Source of the DNA: a virus
IMG/VR virus record: IMGVR_UViG_3300024581_000422
Span: 1-59,130 of that record
Direction: 5' to 3' (one strand)
Length of the DNA: 59,130 bases
Position numbers and translations under genes: made by a program. Of the stretch, positions 42,435-52,518 are shown one piece after another; within the stretch, counting starts at the first letter, position 1, and the number at the start of each line of letters is the position of its first letter. A model generated the notes under the pieces. That model did not search any database and was not told the DNA's origin. It saw only the letters and a program-made list of their open reading frames with translations.

Positions 42435-43910
42435 TTAATCTTCGAATAATACGAAGTTGTTAGCACCTAAAGTACAAACAGCTCTCTCAGAAAGGAAGTG
42501 TACTTCCATTGCATCAAGGTCGCTGTTCATAGCTCCACCTGCTGAACCTGTAATCCAAGTCTTGTAACGTCTGTCCTCAGTCTCAGACGCTCGGTAACGA
42601 ACGTGTAAGAATGGACGCTTAGCGTTCTTTCCTAAGATTTGGTCATACACAGATGTTGAACCTGCAGGAACCAATAGACCGTTAATAGAACCTGAGCCAC
42701 CAACACCTACTGCACCAAGGGCTAAACCTCCACGCATAGTTGGGTCGTTCAAGTATTTCCAATCAGTCTTGTAGAAGTCATATCCTCTACGGAATCCTGT
42801 GAATCCTAAGTTCAATGCCATATCTTGGTCATTGTCGAACAATCCGTAAGATGTTCCATTTGCACCGTAAGAGTTTTGAGCAGCTAACATATCGTCAATT
42901 GCAAATCCAAAATCTCTATCTAAGAAGATAACATTCTCTTCGATTGCACCCTGTGCATCAAGACGACCAACGATAGTGTCGAAGTCAGCTAATGCAGCAG
43001 GAACTCCACCTGTCCATAGGTTGCCTCGTGTGCCTACAGTAAAGAAGATTCCTTCAGAACCTTTGTTACCATATGTAGGGTTGATTGCTGCAGTAGCTGC
43101 ACCTGAACCTGCTTCAGCAGGAACTGCTTCTACCATTGCAGTCTCTAAGTAGTCATCGAAACGTAGACGAGTCTCGTGCTCAGACTTCATATACCAAAGG
43201 TATCCTGTAGCACCGTTCTCAGTGGTTACCTCAACCCATCCGATTTGAGCCATGTCAGAACCTGACACTGAATACTTGTCTTTGATGATGATTGGAGAAT
43301 TTTCAAAGATTAGGTCATCAGACTCTAAAGAGCCTTCCATACCTGAAGTACCTTTTCTAAATTCAGAACCATAGATGAATACAGTAACGTCTGCATTTCC
43401 AACACCTGTCCCTGCTGTAACAAGTCCACCTGCCTCATAGAAAGCAACTGTGAATGTTACAGGAGACGCTGTCAAGTCGACATCTGTAACGATACCTTTG
43501 TTCTCACCTGTACCATCATTTTGATGTACTACAACAGTCTGACCTTCTCGCAATGCGATACCGCTTGTAGCACTAAAAGGGTCCGCTGTACTATTTGCTG
43601 CATTAGGGTCATCGTTTACTTGAAATACTGCCTCATCGTCACCTGCTAATGCAGCGGTACCCACGTTTGTATATTTAACGTGAAGTCGTCCCTGCTCAGC
43701 CCACTTGATAAGGTCTGAATTGGAAGGCATCTCTGCGCCTACCATTCTTAAAAATGAACTAATTGTTCTGTTTCCGTAACGCTCGAATTCTTTTTCATAT
43801 GTATCAGGAAGATACTGATTAAAGAAATCGAAGTTTGTAATGTAATTTGTTGCCAACGGCACTTGTTGTGCGGATGGCTGTAGGTCGAAACCCGGTCCTG
43901 TAAATGGCAT
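42435..43910 (-). CDS. Major capsid protein (491 aa)
   Basis: Gene order terminase-portal-scaffold-this gene. Own terminator. Biased, GC-richer codon usage typical of a highly expressed gene. No motif-level proof. Confidence 0.7.
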   Translation of the reverse strand: MPFTGPGFDLQPSAQQVPLATNYITNFDFFNQYLPDTYEKEFERYGNRTISSFLRMVGAEMPSNSDLIKWAEQGRLHVKYTNVGTAALAGDDEAVFQVNDDPNAANSTADPFSATSGIALREGQTVVVHQNDGTGENKGIVTDVDLTASPVTFTVAFYEAGGLVTAGTGVGNADVTVFIYGSEFRKGTSGMEGSLESDDLIFENSPIIIKDKYSVSGSDMAQIGWVEVTTENGATGYLWYMKSEHETRLRFDDYLETAMVEAVPAEAGSGAATAAINPTYGNKGSEGIFFTVGTRGNLWTGGVPAALADFDTIVGRLDAQGAIEENVIFLDRDFGFAIDDMLAAQNSYGANGTSYGLFDNDQDMALNLGFTGFRRGYDFYKTDWKYLNDPTMRGGLALGAVGVGGSGSINGLLVPAGSTSVYDQILGKNAKRPFLHVRYRASETEDRRYKTWITGSAGGAMNSDLDAMEVHFLSERAVCTLGANNFVLFED

Positions 43911-43941
43911 AATTTCTAATTTTTAAATGTTTTAAATCTTT

Positions 43942-45042
43942 TTATTTTTTACTCTTAATTGTTAAGCCTTTACTGCTTGGTGCAGATATAGACCTAATTT
44001 GCAATCCATCCTTACGACTTGATACCTGAGGTGTAACACGCTCTGTCATGTCAATGTTTTTCATTTTGCGTGTAACATTCTCAGTTGCATCAGCTTTGCC
44101 TTGCTCATAAAAGAACGAAGCAAATTTGTTTGGATTCATTGCTACAGCTAACGCTCTGTGATAACCTTCAGCATCGCTAAGCATCCCTGTGTCCGCATCA
44201 ATATACTTCTTAACGAAGCCTTGATAGTCCATGTGCTGCTCTTTGATTCTCTCAGCTTCACCCGGCTTAAAAGTAAAAGTGTTGTCTCCAATCTTGAAAT
44301 CAAAACCTTTGAAATCATTAAAGACTTCGTCTGTCTTTTGGACAAACCAATCTCTTTTTCTTTTAATTTCCTCTTGAGCTGTATTAGCTTCTGCTAAATA
44401 TCGCTTATACTCTTCAAACTCTTGAAGCTCTTCATTGGGGATTCCAACCGTACTTGACTCAAGTGGCTGCTTGTACATCTCCTTTTGCTCTTCAAAAAAG
44501 CTTTTAGCCTTAGCGACAGCTTTTTTCTTTTTTAACTTAATTTTCTTTATATCCTTTTCTTCGTCTAAGTCTTCATCATATCTGTAGTCATCTAATATAA
44601 TGTCTACATCATCTGAATCAATAGCCTCACCTGAAGCAATAAGATACTCAGATAATAGTTCGTCTTCGTCCATAGAAGAGAAATCTCTGTTTAGTTTTAC
44701 GTAATCTTCAATCCCTCTACCTGTGGTCTTCTTATATTCAAAATAACCTTTTACATCTTCAGGCAACTCTTCATTAGTCTCTCTCTGTTCGAATAGTTGG
44801 TCTATAGATGAAATGTCTTTCTCATATCTGTTCTTAATAAATGAAAGAACGTCTTCTTCTTTTAATTCTGCGGGAACTTCAGTCTCAACATTTGTTTCAA
44901 CTTGTTCACCACTTTCCTCAGTAATATGCTCAGTAGTATCAGTGTCATTATTATTTTCTTCATGTGTTTTTAATAATTCACTTTCTATCTCCTGAACAGA
45001 CTTCTGCTCACCTCCACTAATTTCTCTTACTTTAAATTCCAT
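43942..45042 (-). CDS. Scaffolding protein (366 aa)
   Basis: Very acidic and helical (E/K/D-rich), located between portal and capsid. Confidence 0.55.
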   Translation of the reverse strand: MEFKVREISGGEQKSVQEIESELLKTHEENNNDTDTTEHITEESGEQVETNVETEVPAELKEEDVLSFIKNRYEKDISSIDQLFEQRETNEELPEDVKGYFEYKKTTGRGIEDYVKLNRDFSSMDEDELLSEYLIASGEAIDSDDVDIILDDYRYDEDLDEEKDIKKIKLKKKKAVAKAKSFFEEQKEMYKQPLESSTVGIPNEELQEFEEYKRYLAEANTAQEEIKRKRDWFVQKTDEVFNDFKGFDFKIGDNTFTFKPGEAERIKEQHMDYQGFVKKYIDADTGMLSDAEGYHRALAVAMNPNKFASFFYEQGKADATENVTRKMKNIDMTERVTPQVSSRKDGLQIRSISAPSSKGLTIKSKK

Positions 45043-45094
45043 TTGATTAATTTTTTACAAAGTTAATAGTTTTTTTAATTATATTTTTTTTACA

Positions 45095-47530
45095 TTATCG
45101 AGGAGAGAACTCAGCCAAATCAAATCCATCTAAACTATCTTCATTAGACTCAAAGTTTAATGGAGGTAGATTATTCTTTCTTTGATTGATTAACTTGCTC
45201 TGCTCTGTATTCTGCTGACTTATTCTCTTAGCCTTTGCGTCTTCACGCTCAGTCTCTCTCGCCTGTAGTGATGTCTCTCTAAGATTATGAAGCTGCATAT
45301 TATAGTCAAACTCTTCTTTCATTAGCAATGACTTGAGCTTAGCTTCATTGTTCATCTTCTCAATTTCAAATGCAGCCTTAGCCTGCTCGATTTGCATCTT
45401 GCTCTGAGACTCTAACTGTATCTTTTGTGCAGCCACCTGTGCAGCCATCTGTTGTGATTGCATATTGATTTGACTTTGCATCGCCTGCTGCTGCATAGCC
45501 ATCTGCTCTTCTCTGTCCTGCTTCTGCTTACGTTTTAATTTAAGCAACTGATTGGCAAGCTTGATATTCTTAAGCTCTCTGATGTCTATCGCATCCTCAA
45601 GATTAATATCTCCCTTAGATAAAGCCATCTGAACATTCTGCTCAAGCTGAGCTTTCTGCTCTTCGTCAGGTGACACCTCTATAAATATTCCAAAGTCATA
45701 TAAATATAAGTCACTTATCTCGTTAAGGATAGACACATTATACTTTCCAATCTTATTTGCAAAGTCATCTTTGAAGTCAGCATACTCAAGTATGTCTGCA
45801 ATACGATATGTTAATGCCTCTGCAACAGACCTATACACATATAGGCTACCATCAAGTACGTGTCGGGTCGCTACATTTGAATTTAATGCAGCAAGCTTCT
45901 GTAGCCCTACCAATGAGTTAGGGTCAATATCGCTTCCGTCTCTTGCCTCGTTTAGCCCTGTAACAGTTCTAATCATGTTCAGATAATGATTATAGTTCCC
46001 TATAAGCATCTGTGCCTTGGAGGCTCCTGAATTAGATGTAAGCTGTTGGATAGGAATCTTTCCTTGGTTATACTCGCCATCCTGTGTATATGAACGCCCG
46101 ATAACACTACCCGTTTGGAAGTATAGTCTCAATGCATCTTCAGGATTATATGCTGCTCCTGTACCAAGGTCTACCTCATTTAATCCATCGGCATCTATAT
46201 ACACACCGTCAGGTACAACCCTTGAGATTACCTGCTGTAGTTTTAGATGCGTCATCTGTATCAAGTCGGCAAATGGTATCATACGTCTTACCAAAGACTC
46301 TAATCTTCCCTTATACATTCGAGGTGCAACAGCAACATAGTTTGGCAGTGCGTGTTGAGATGTTGACTTGGGTCTTACCATATTCTTTGCAAGCTCCCAC
46401 TTCAATATAATATTGGTACCCATGACCATAACGCCATCGTACCACACATCAATAGTCTTCTCAAACTTTTCAAAGTTTCCCTCTTCCATTATCTCTTCAG
46501 GTGGATTAAATTGGTCATCTTTCTCGATAACCTTGTTTCCGCCCGTTGCTGTAATTTTTTTCTTGTAGACCATCTTTTGTGTGGTCTTGTAGTTGAAGTA
46601 TAACAATGTCGCAGTGTCTCTATAAAACATATCATTCTCATAGAACTGTGCCACATTATAGTAGTCGTACCAAGACTGACTATACTTGCTTATCTCTTCT
46701 AAGTCTTCTTTCGTAAGTGATGGGTCTATCTTCATTAGCTCCGTTATAGGAAGCGTCTTTACTTCACCCCAATAGAAACAGTCTTTAAAGTGTGGGTCTT
46801 CGGTGTAACTATACACCACATTTGCAGGGTCAACATAAGATATTTTTACACCTGAGCCTTTTAAAAACTCGTGCTTTAATACTCCAAGCCCCAATGTAGT
46901 TATGTCGTAATCTACTCTCTTGCGTAAGTCTACATAGTGATTCTCATCAAGTATCGTATTGATAGCCTCTTCTTCAGCTATCTCAATAGCAGGCTTATAG
47001 TTGAGTTGCATATACAATGCCATCTCCTCATCATCTTGAGGTAAAGAATCTTCAGGCATCATGAAAGGGTCATACCCTGACATCTCTTTTACTATAGATA
47101 GCTGCTCTTTTGCTGCCATCTGTCCTTGTATCATATCCTGATACTTACTTCTCTTTGCCTGAGACATTGCGTCCTGTGCATAGGCATTAACCTTAAACAG
47201 CCTGTCAGACATTCCGTTTACAACAATGTCTACAAATTTAGGTATGATAGGTACAGGTGTCCAATCTAAGTTAAGATAAGATAGGTCGCCATCAATGGCT
47301 AACTCATTTTTGTATTTTGCAACAGACTGCTCGCCTCTTGAATACAACCTTAGCTTATGGAACTCTCTCCATTGGTCATAGAACCTACAGCTATTACCAT
47401 CTTTTTTGAACCACTCATATTGAATAGCTTGACCTATCATCAGACCATATTCGTCTGTTGCCTTCTCGGCATCAGAAACAAACTGACTTGGAAACCCTAC
47501 TGATGAAATATTAATCTTTACGTCCTTCAT
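45095..47530 (-). CDS. Portal protein (811 aa) with a Q-rich coiled-coil C-terminus
   Basis: Size and position immediately downstream of, and overlapping, the large terminase. Confidence 0.7.
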   Translation of the reverse strand: MKDVKINISSVGFPSQFVSDAEKATDEYGLMIGQAIQYEWFKKDGNSCRFYDQWREFHKLRLYSRGEQSVAKYKNELAIDGDLSYLNLDWTPVPIIPKFVDIVVNGMSDRLFKVNAYAQDAMSQAKRSKYQDMIQGQMAAKEQLSIVKEMSGYDPFMMPEDSLPQDDEEMALYMQLNYKPAIEIAEEEAINTILDENHYVDLRKRVDYDITTLGLGVLKHEFLKGSGVKISYVDPANVVYSYTEDPHFKDCFYWGEVKTLPITELMKIDPSLTKEDLEEISKYSQSWYDYYNVAQFYENDMFYRDTATLLYFNYKTTQKMVYKKKITATGGNKVIEKDDQFNPPEEIMEEGNFEKFEKTIDVWYDGVMVMGTNIILKWELAKNMVRPKSTSQHALPNYVAVAPRMYKGRLESLVRRMIPFADLIQMTHLKLQQVISRVVPDGVYIDADGLNEVDLGTGAAYNPEDALRLYFQTGSVIGRSYTQDGEYNQGKIPIQQLTSNSGASKAQMLIGNYNHYLNMIRTVTGLNEARDGSDIDPNSLVGLQKLAALNSNVATRHVLDGSLYVYRSVAEALTYRIADILEYADFKDDFANKIGKYNVSILNEISDLYLYDFGIFIEVSPDEEQKAQLEQNVQMALSKGDINLEDAIDIRELKNIKLANQLLKLKRKQKQDREEQMAMQQQAMQSQINMQSQQMAAQVAAQKIQLESQSKMQIEQAKAAFEIEKMNNEAKLKSLLMKEEFDYNMQLHNLRETSLQARETEREDAKAKRISQQNTEQSKLINQRKNNLPPLNFESNEDSLDGFDLAEFSPR

Positions 47531-49755
47531 CTAATTATTTGACTTATATTTCCGGTGTTAGTATACCTTGCAAAGGTAACCTTTATTTTTGATTCTTTTT
47601 TTTCAGGCTGATACATATGCTTTTGACACGCCATGATAGCTAATCCTGAACTGATTGATGCATCAAACTTAGTCCTGTTTGTAATATCAAACCGTGCCCA
47701 ATCCTCGAGAGTCTTGTTAAATGGCATAGATGACATATCCCCATCAGACTTCATACCAACATGATTCTCAATGTAGGACTCTATAGCTGCTGCGTGTGCC
47801 TGCTTTACAGCCTCACTTGAGTTAGGTATACCTCCCAACTCTCTTTCTGTCTTAGACAGCTTCGTAAATGTCTTGTCGGGTCTGTTCATACAGTATCCCC
47901 TGTATCCCCTATTCTTAAAATGGTATAGTAGCCTTGGCTTGTTGTTCTCTATAAGTATTGGCATACTGTAAAACACACACGCCATCAACACATCTTCAAA
48001 AAATATCTCAGCAGTCTGAGGTCTTGCTATGTACTCCAAGAAGAACTCATTAGATGGAGCCTCTTCCATGTTAAACTTTGTTAGCCCATGCAGTGCGCCA
48101 TTGGAGCCTACGCCACCTACAGTCCCACTAATGTCATATGAGTCGCATCCAAATGCTCCTATGTGCTCATTGCCCGGATACATAATCCCATTCTTCTTTA
48201 CGGAATTGTTCTGTAAGCTTTTATTCGGAACCCATGTAATTAGAAACCTCCCCCTATTGTCAGGATTAAATACTACAGTGGTGTCCTTTATTCCATTCTT
48301 CCAACTAAATGAGCCACGTGTAACATACTGCTCTGTTATCATGGCATCATTGTAGTCTATCTGTTGGTATATCTTTGTTAAATTAAATAGCGACTGCTTG
48401 CTCTCATCTCTAAATGCATGAGACTCAGTCCTTGGAAACTGTCTATAATATTCGTTTAGTGCATCAGGGTCATTCTTTAGTGACTCAACTTCATTGTCCC
48501 AATAGTCTAATGCACCTTGTGTTATCCACTCCCCATCAATGCCTCTAATCTTTTCTCCATCATTATGTATTACAGGCATACCATGCCTGTCAATAAATCC
48601 CTCCATGTTCCACTCCATAGGTATAAATAGGCTATATAGTCCACTCTTTGTCTGACCGTTTGCATTCCTCTTCGTTATATCTGAATCATAGTATAACTTT
48701 TTAAAGTTGTCTCCTCCCTTATCTAATGCATTAGATGTAGAGCCCATCATACACTTGCCAATAATCTTGCTACCTAATCTTAGACACGTCTTAGTCACTC
48801 GCCAATTGTTTAGGATGTTATTCGGCTTTACCCACTTACCACTCTCATCGTGCACTAACAACAATAACTTCTCACCATCATAGCTGTTATCATCTGTGTT
48901 CTTCCAATCTATTGTGGTATCCAACCCTTCAATCACATCATCTTCCGAGTCAAACATATTCTTCTTGGTAATCTTAGATGCAGGTACACGATACGCCAAC
49001 TCAGTCTTAGGCTTGTCCATACCGTCCATGATAGGCTTGAAAAAGAATGGCAGCCTGCTGTTTATCGGCACAACCTTGTCCGTAAACATCTTCTTGGCAT
49101 CCGACCCTGTCTTTGACAGTATTCCAACTCGTGCATCTTTTGCAAGTGTTGCAGTATGGACACACTCAGACGATGACATAAACGAGAATCCTGACCGTCT
49201 TATCTTCAAGTACACCATACCAAAACTTCTCTTGTCAGCCTTACACGCCTCCCAAAAAATATATAGCAATCTGTTCGCCTCCCTATAGTCCGGGTATCCT
49301 ACGTCAATAGATGTCCACTGCAGATACATATAATGTGAACCCGTGATGTATGTTGGCTTGCCATTATTCATGAACCAAAAGCCATAGTCCCTATTATCAA
49401 ACTCAGACTCAATATAGTCTACCCAACGAGACTTAAATTCTGTAGGCATCTCATTCCATTGGAATATAGACTGTATTTTTGAAAGTTCTTTTGGCAACTC
49501 TTTACGCTCCCAATACTGCTCGTCTTTACTCTTGTGTCGTTGATAACATTCTTTTGGAGCCTTGGGTAGTGCTATCTTAAGTCCTGATATTTCAATGACT
49601 TCTCCTATCTCTCCTGTCTTTGATATGACTACAACATCATACTTTTCATTGTACCCATATAGCCAAGACTTATTGCGATTCTTATTCACATATACGCTAT
49701 TGGGGATGTGGTCGTGTACTACCCTATATATACTATTTTGACCTTCTTTCTGCAA
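47527..49755 (-). CDS. Terminase large subunit (742 aa)
   Basis: Walker-A-like KIRRSGFSF, Walker B LLLVHDESG, C-terminal nuclease-like acidic residues (GCDSYD). Position before the portal. Confidence 0.8.
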   Translation of the reverse strand: MQKEGQNSIYRVVHDHIPNSVYVNKNRNKSWLYGYNEKYDVVVISKTGEIGEVIEISGLKIALPKAPKECYQRHKSKDEQYWERKELPKELSKIQSIFQWNEMPTEFKSRWVDYIESEFDNRDYGFWFMNNGKPTYITGSHYMYLQWTSIDVGYPDYREANRLLYIFWEACKADKRSFGMVYLKIRRSGFSFMSSSECVHTATLAKDARVGILSKTGSDAKKMFTDKVVPINSRLPFFFKPIMDGMDKPKTELAYRVPASKITKKNMFDSEDDVIEGLDTTIDWKNTDDNSYDGEKLLLLVHDESGKWVKPNNILNNWRVTKTCLRLGSKIIGKCMMGSTSNALDKGGDNFKKLYYDSDITKRNANGQTKSGLYSLFIPMEWNMEGFIDRHGMPVIHNDGEKIRGIDGEWITQGALDYWDNEVESLKNDPDALNEYYRQFPRTESHAFRDESKQSLFNLTKIYQQIDYNDAMITEQYVTRGSFSWKNGIKDTTVVFNPDNRGRFLITWVPNKSLQNNSVKKNGIMYPGNEHIGAFGCDSYDISGTVGGVGSNGALHGLTKFNMEEAPSNEFFLEYIARPQTAEIFFEDVLMACVFYSMPILIENNKPRLLYHFKNRGYRGYCMNRPDKTFTKLSKTERELGGIPNSSEAVKQAHAAAIESYIENHVGMKSDGDMSSMPFNKTLEDWARFDITNRTKFDASISSGLAIMACQKHMYQPEKKESKIKVTFARYTNTGNISQIIR

Positions 49756-50014
49756 AACCTTGTCTTGTGTCTACCTTACTTGGACCCTTATCTAATGACT
49801 CGATAGCCTCCCTTTCAGATTCTATCCTGTTTAATATCTCAAAGGCATCAAAGATTGCAAGCTTCTTTGTGGCAGCAGCATTCTTTAGCCTGTCTGCCGA
49901 CAGCTCATCTTCAGGGTCGTGTTTGATAATGTCCTCTTTTGCAACCTTTATCAGTTGCTCTACAGCCCTGTGACCCGCATCAATTATCTTTAGTTTAATA
50001 TCCTTTGAGTTCAT
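49733..50014 (-). CDS. Hypothetical helical protein (93 aa), possible small terminase subunit by position only
   Basis: Immediately upstream of and overlapping the large terminase. Confidence 0.5.
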   Translation of the reverse strand: MNSKDIKLKIIDAGHRAVEQLIKVAKEDIIKHDPEDELSADRLKNAAATKKLAIFDAFEILNRIESEREAIESLDKGPSKVDTRQGFAERRSK

Positions 50015-50574
50015 ATCTTCAATGTTATTGAATGGTCATACATCCTCCACAGTATCTCTCCATCTACCATAAACTCATATTCCTGTGATGGCTTGTAACA
50101 TATCATGTCTCCTACCTTTAACCCTTCAGCTTTTAGGCTATCATTGATTATAGCAATCGTACCCATCAGAGGCTCATTTGTTATTGGCTTAAAGATATAA
50201 CTATCTTTTACAGGCGTAGGTTTGATAAAACAGTATCTGTCATATCCATGCCACACCCCATCTTTCTTATACGCAAAGAATTGGTCATAGTCTATAAAGA
50301 ATATATTTTCTTTAAAGAAACTCTTCCCACTCTTGCGTCTGCCCTTCATATCATTGTAGAACTTAAACACATTGTGGTGTACCAACAAGATGTCTCCTTT
50401 CTCTATTGGACCACTATAGTCTAATGGTGTCTCTATTACCACAGCCTCTCTATTAGATGCAGACACATCTTCTTCAGATGTGCTGACAATAAAGTCCATG
50501 CCTGCTATTGTCTTTGTGTTATTATATCTCTTATTATTTACAGGCTCTACTATAAACTGATATATAGATTTCAT
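50011..50574 (-). CDS. Hypothetical protein (187 aa) with two GroES-like beta-barrel-looking halves
   Basis: AVVIETPL...IEKGDILLVHHNVF and GTIAIINDSLKAEGLKVGDMICYKPSQEYEFMVDGEILWRM resemble the G.V...G....vkvGD.V.y pattern of Cpn10. Confidence 0.55.
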   Translation of the reverse strand: MKSIYQFIVEPVNNKRYNNTKTIAGMDFIVSTSEEDVSASNREAVVIETPLDYSGPIEKGDILLVHHNVFKFYNDMKGRRKSGKSFFKENIFFIDYDQFFAYKKDGVWHGYDRYCFIKPTPVKDSYIFKPITNEPLMGTIAIINDSLKAEGLKVGDMICYKPSQEYEFMVDGEILWRMYDHSITLKI

Positions 50575-50801
50575 TAAAAGTTTATATTATATTCTATTGC
50601 AATAGGCATATCCGATGTAAATTCTTTCCATAGCAGTACCTCATTAGATGCATTCTCTATCCATATCTTTATAGATTGAGTCTCATCATAATACTTTATA
50701 AGGTGTATGGTATGTGTATTACCTAACACATCCTGCCCTACTATGTAGTGCATAGCCCCTGACTTGTAGTCGGGTCCAACACTTATCTTACGAATGTCCA
50801 T
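50574..50801 (-). CDS. Hypothetical protein (75 aa)
   Basis: ORF track. Confidence 0.55.
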   Translation of the reverse strand: MDIRKISVGPDYKSGAMHYIVGQDVLGNTHTIHLIKYYDETQSIKIWIENASNEVLLWKEFTSDMPIAIEYNINF

Positions 50802-50806
50802 ATCGA

Positions 50807-51037
50807 CTATTTACCTTTTTGTTGAACCTCTCCTGTCTGAATGTTTATGACAGATTCTTCGCCATACTTATCGATAAGTTTCTTTTCGTGTTGTGCGAAC
50901 TTCATTTTAATAGCAGCTATCTCAGATATGATGCTACTCTTTTGAATTTCTAAGTCACCAAGACTAATCTTCATTTTGGTAAACTCAGTATTTAGCTGTT
51001 GCAGCTGTTCCAATTCTTCTTTACTTAATTTTGCCAT
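50807..51037 (-). CDS. Hypothetical coiled-coil protein (76 aa)
   Basis: ORF track. First gene after a TATATTTG box. Confidence 0.55.
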   Translation of the reverse strand: MAKLSKEELEQLQQLNTEFTKMKISLGDLEIQKSSIISEIAAIKMKFAQHEKKLIDKYGEESVINIQTGEVQQKGK

Positions 51038-51053
51038 TTTATTTTATTTTTGG

Positions 51054-51061
51054 CAAATATA
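51054..51061 (-). promoter_or_regulatory. -7 box TATATTTG (- strand), 16 nt before ATG 51037
   Basis: Exact TAnnTTTG match in the only intergenic gap upstream of the packaging/head operon. Confidence 0.45.
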
Positions 51062-51066
51062 AGCAA

Positions 51067-51489
51067 TTATTCTTTATTATTCCGCTTTTTGCGTCTATCA
51101 CGCCCAAATGTAAACGTGTCCATCATTTTCTCACCCGTTCTTCCTATAACATATCCACCTATCCCTAACTGTAATAAATTCCAAAACTCATTCTCTAACG
51201 GTGGTATAGTAAACCCAAACAGTGGGGCTAAGAACTTAACGTATATAACAATGAATCCAAAGGCTAACATAAGAATAGGTCTCCAACTTCTCTGAAGGAA
51301 GTTACCCTTAGCCTCTTCAACAATGATGTCTGTCTGCATCTTCTGCAGCTCCAACTCTTTTTGTATGAATATCTGCTTCAGTGCAATCTCTGCCTGCATC
51401 TTTTCTTCCTTGGATGTGATAAGCCCATCAAGACCTCCAAGCACATCCTTTAACATTGTGCCACTAAACCACTCTACTACCTTATTCAT
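51067..51489 (-). CDS. Putative holin (3-TM type)
   Basis: Start set to MNKVVEWF (ATG inside tATGAATAA, overlapping the amidase stop). N-terminal coiled region followed by WRPILMLAFGFIVIYVKFLAPLFGF and further hydrophobic segments. Adjacent to the endolysin. Confidence 0.5.
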   Translation of the reverse strand: MNKVVEWFSGTMLKDVLGGLDGLITSKEEKMQAEIALKQIFIQKELELQKMQTDIIVEEAKGNFLQRSWRPILMLAFGFIVIYVKFLAPLFGFTIPPLENEFWNLLQLGIGGYVIGRTGEKMMDTFTFGRDRRKKRNNKE

Positions 51490-51889
51490 ATTCTTTTTTT
51501 GCGTCAAAACTCGGACACGCCTTTGTAGAAAAGTCTCTGTGTCCATATACTATAGCATCAGGATACATAGACTTTAACACCGTGATAAGGTTTAGTAGGC
51601 TTAACTTCTGAGTATCTGTCCGGGTATCCTTTGGAGTTGTCCCATCAGACTCTACTCCACCAATGTAACATATCCCTATGCTGTCAGCATTGTGCCCTAC
51701 AGTATGTGCACCTGTGCGTTCAACCTGTCTTCCAATCTTAAGAGTGCCATCCAACTCTATAACATAATGGTATCCAATATCAGACCATCCACGCTCATTG
51801 ACGTGCCAATCACGGATAGTATCAGCTGTAATGTCCTGACCCTCTCGTGTTGCACTGCAGTGGACTATTATCTTCTTAATTGTCCTCAT
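51482..51889 (-). CDS. N-acetylmuramoyl-L-alanine amidase (Amidase_2/PGRP, T7-lysozyme-like) endolysin
   Basis: IIVHCSAT...WSDIGYHYVI..DG....GR.....GAH..GHN..SIGICYIGG. Confidence 0.9.
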   Translation of the reverse strand: MRTIKKIIVHCSATREGQDITADTIRDWHVNERGWSDIGYHYVIELDGTLKIGRQVERTGAHTVGHNADSIGICYIGGVESDGTTPKDTRTDTQKLSLLNLITVLKSMYPDAIVYGHRDFSTKACPSFDAKKEYE

Positions 51890-52034
51890 TATTATTATTC
51901 ATATAAATTTTCTGAAGTGTATATATTATTGTTGTAGATAGCAATAATACTTTTAATAACATTTCAATCTCTGTAAATGATATAGCCAATACTCCTGAAT
52001 TTATACAATATAGCTTTAAGTCTTCCAAGCTCAT
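51876..52034 (-). CDS. Small TM protein (52 aa), possible lysis accessory
   Basis: Hand-translated: MSLEDLKLYCINSGVLAISFTEIEMLLKVLLLSTTIIYTLQKIYMNNNNEDN*. Overlaps the amidase start. Fills an otherwise empty 160-nt gap. Confidence 0.35.
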   Translation of the reverse strand: MSLEDLKLYCINSGVLAISFTEIEMLLKVLLLSTTIIYTLQKIYMNNNNEDN

Positions 52035-52048
52035 CTCTTTAGCAATTT

Positions 52049-52516
52049 TTAATACAGTGCGTACATATCTGTAGCAGTTGTATCTGTAGCGTTAATAACA
52101 GACATTAGCACAGGAATCATTGTTGCGGGAGGCACACTTGGCATGAATATATCATCTCCTCCTGCAGTACGACCACTAATGTCTCCACCTGTACCCGACC
52201 ATATTGCAGCACCACGTCCTACCCCACCAATTACATAAAGCTCTCCAACCGCAGTAAATATATCTGCTGATAGCGTTATTTGCTTTGGTCCATTTACTCC
52301 TACAACCGTAGCACCTGCACCTGTCGACAGGTTGTATACAGTTGAACCTATTGGCACAACTTCAACAAAACTTACAGTAGTGTTTGAATCAAACAGTTTA
52401 TTTGCTCCAAGCGATGTTACTCCACTTGGTCCCGCTATTTGTGAGTCAGGAAGCCTTAGCCCATCTATGGGAATTATCGGAATCGCCTTTGTGGGTTGTA
52501 ATCTTTGATATGTCAT
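52049..52516 (-). CDS. Hypothetical structural-type protein (155 aa, Gly/Thr/Val-rich)
   Basis: ORF track. Confidence 0.6.
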   Translation of the reverse strand: MTYQRLQPTKAIPIIPIDGLRLPDSQIAGPSGVTSLGANKLFDSNTTVSFVEVVPIGSTVYNLSTGAGATVVGVNGPKQITLSADIFTAVGELYVIGGVGRGAAIWSGTGGDISGRTAGGDDIFMPSVPPATMIPVLMSVINATDTTATDMYALY

Positions 52517-52518
52517 AG

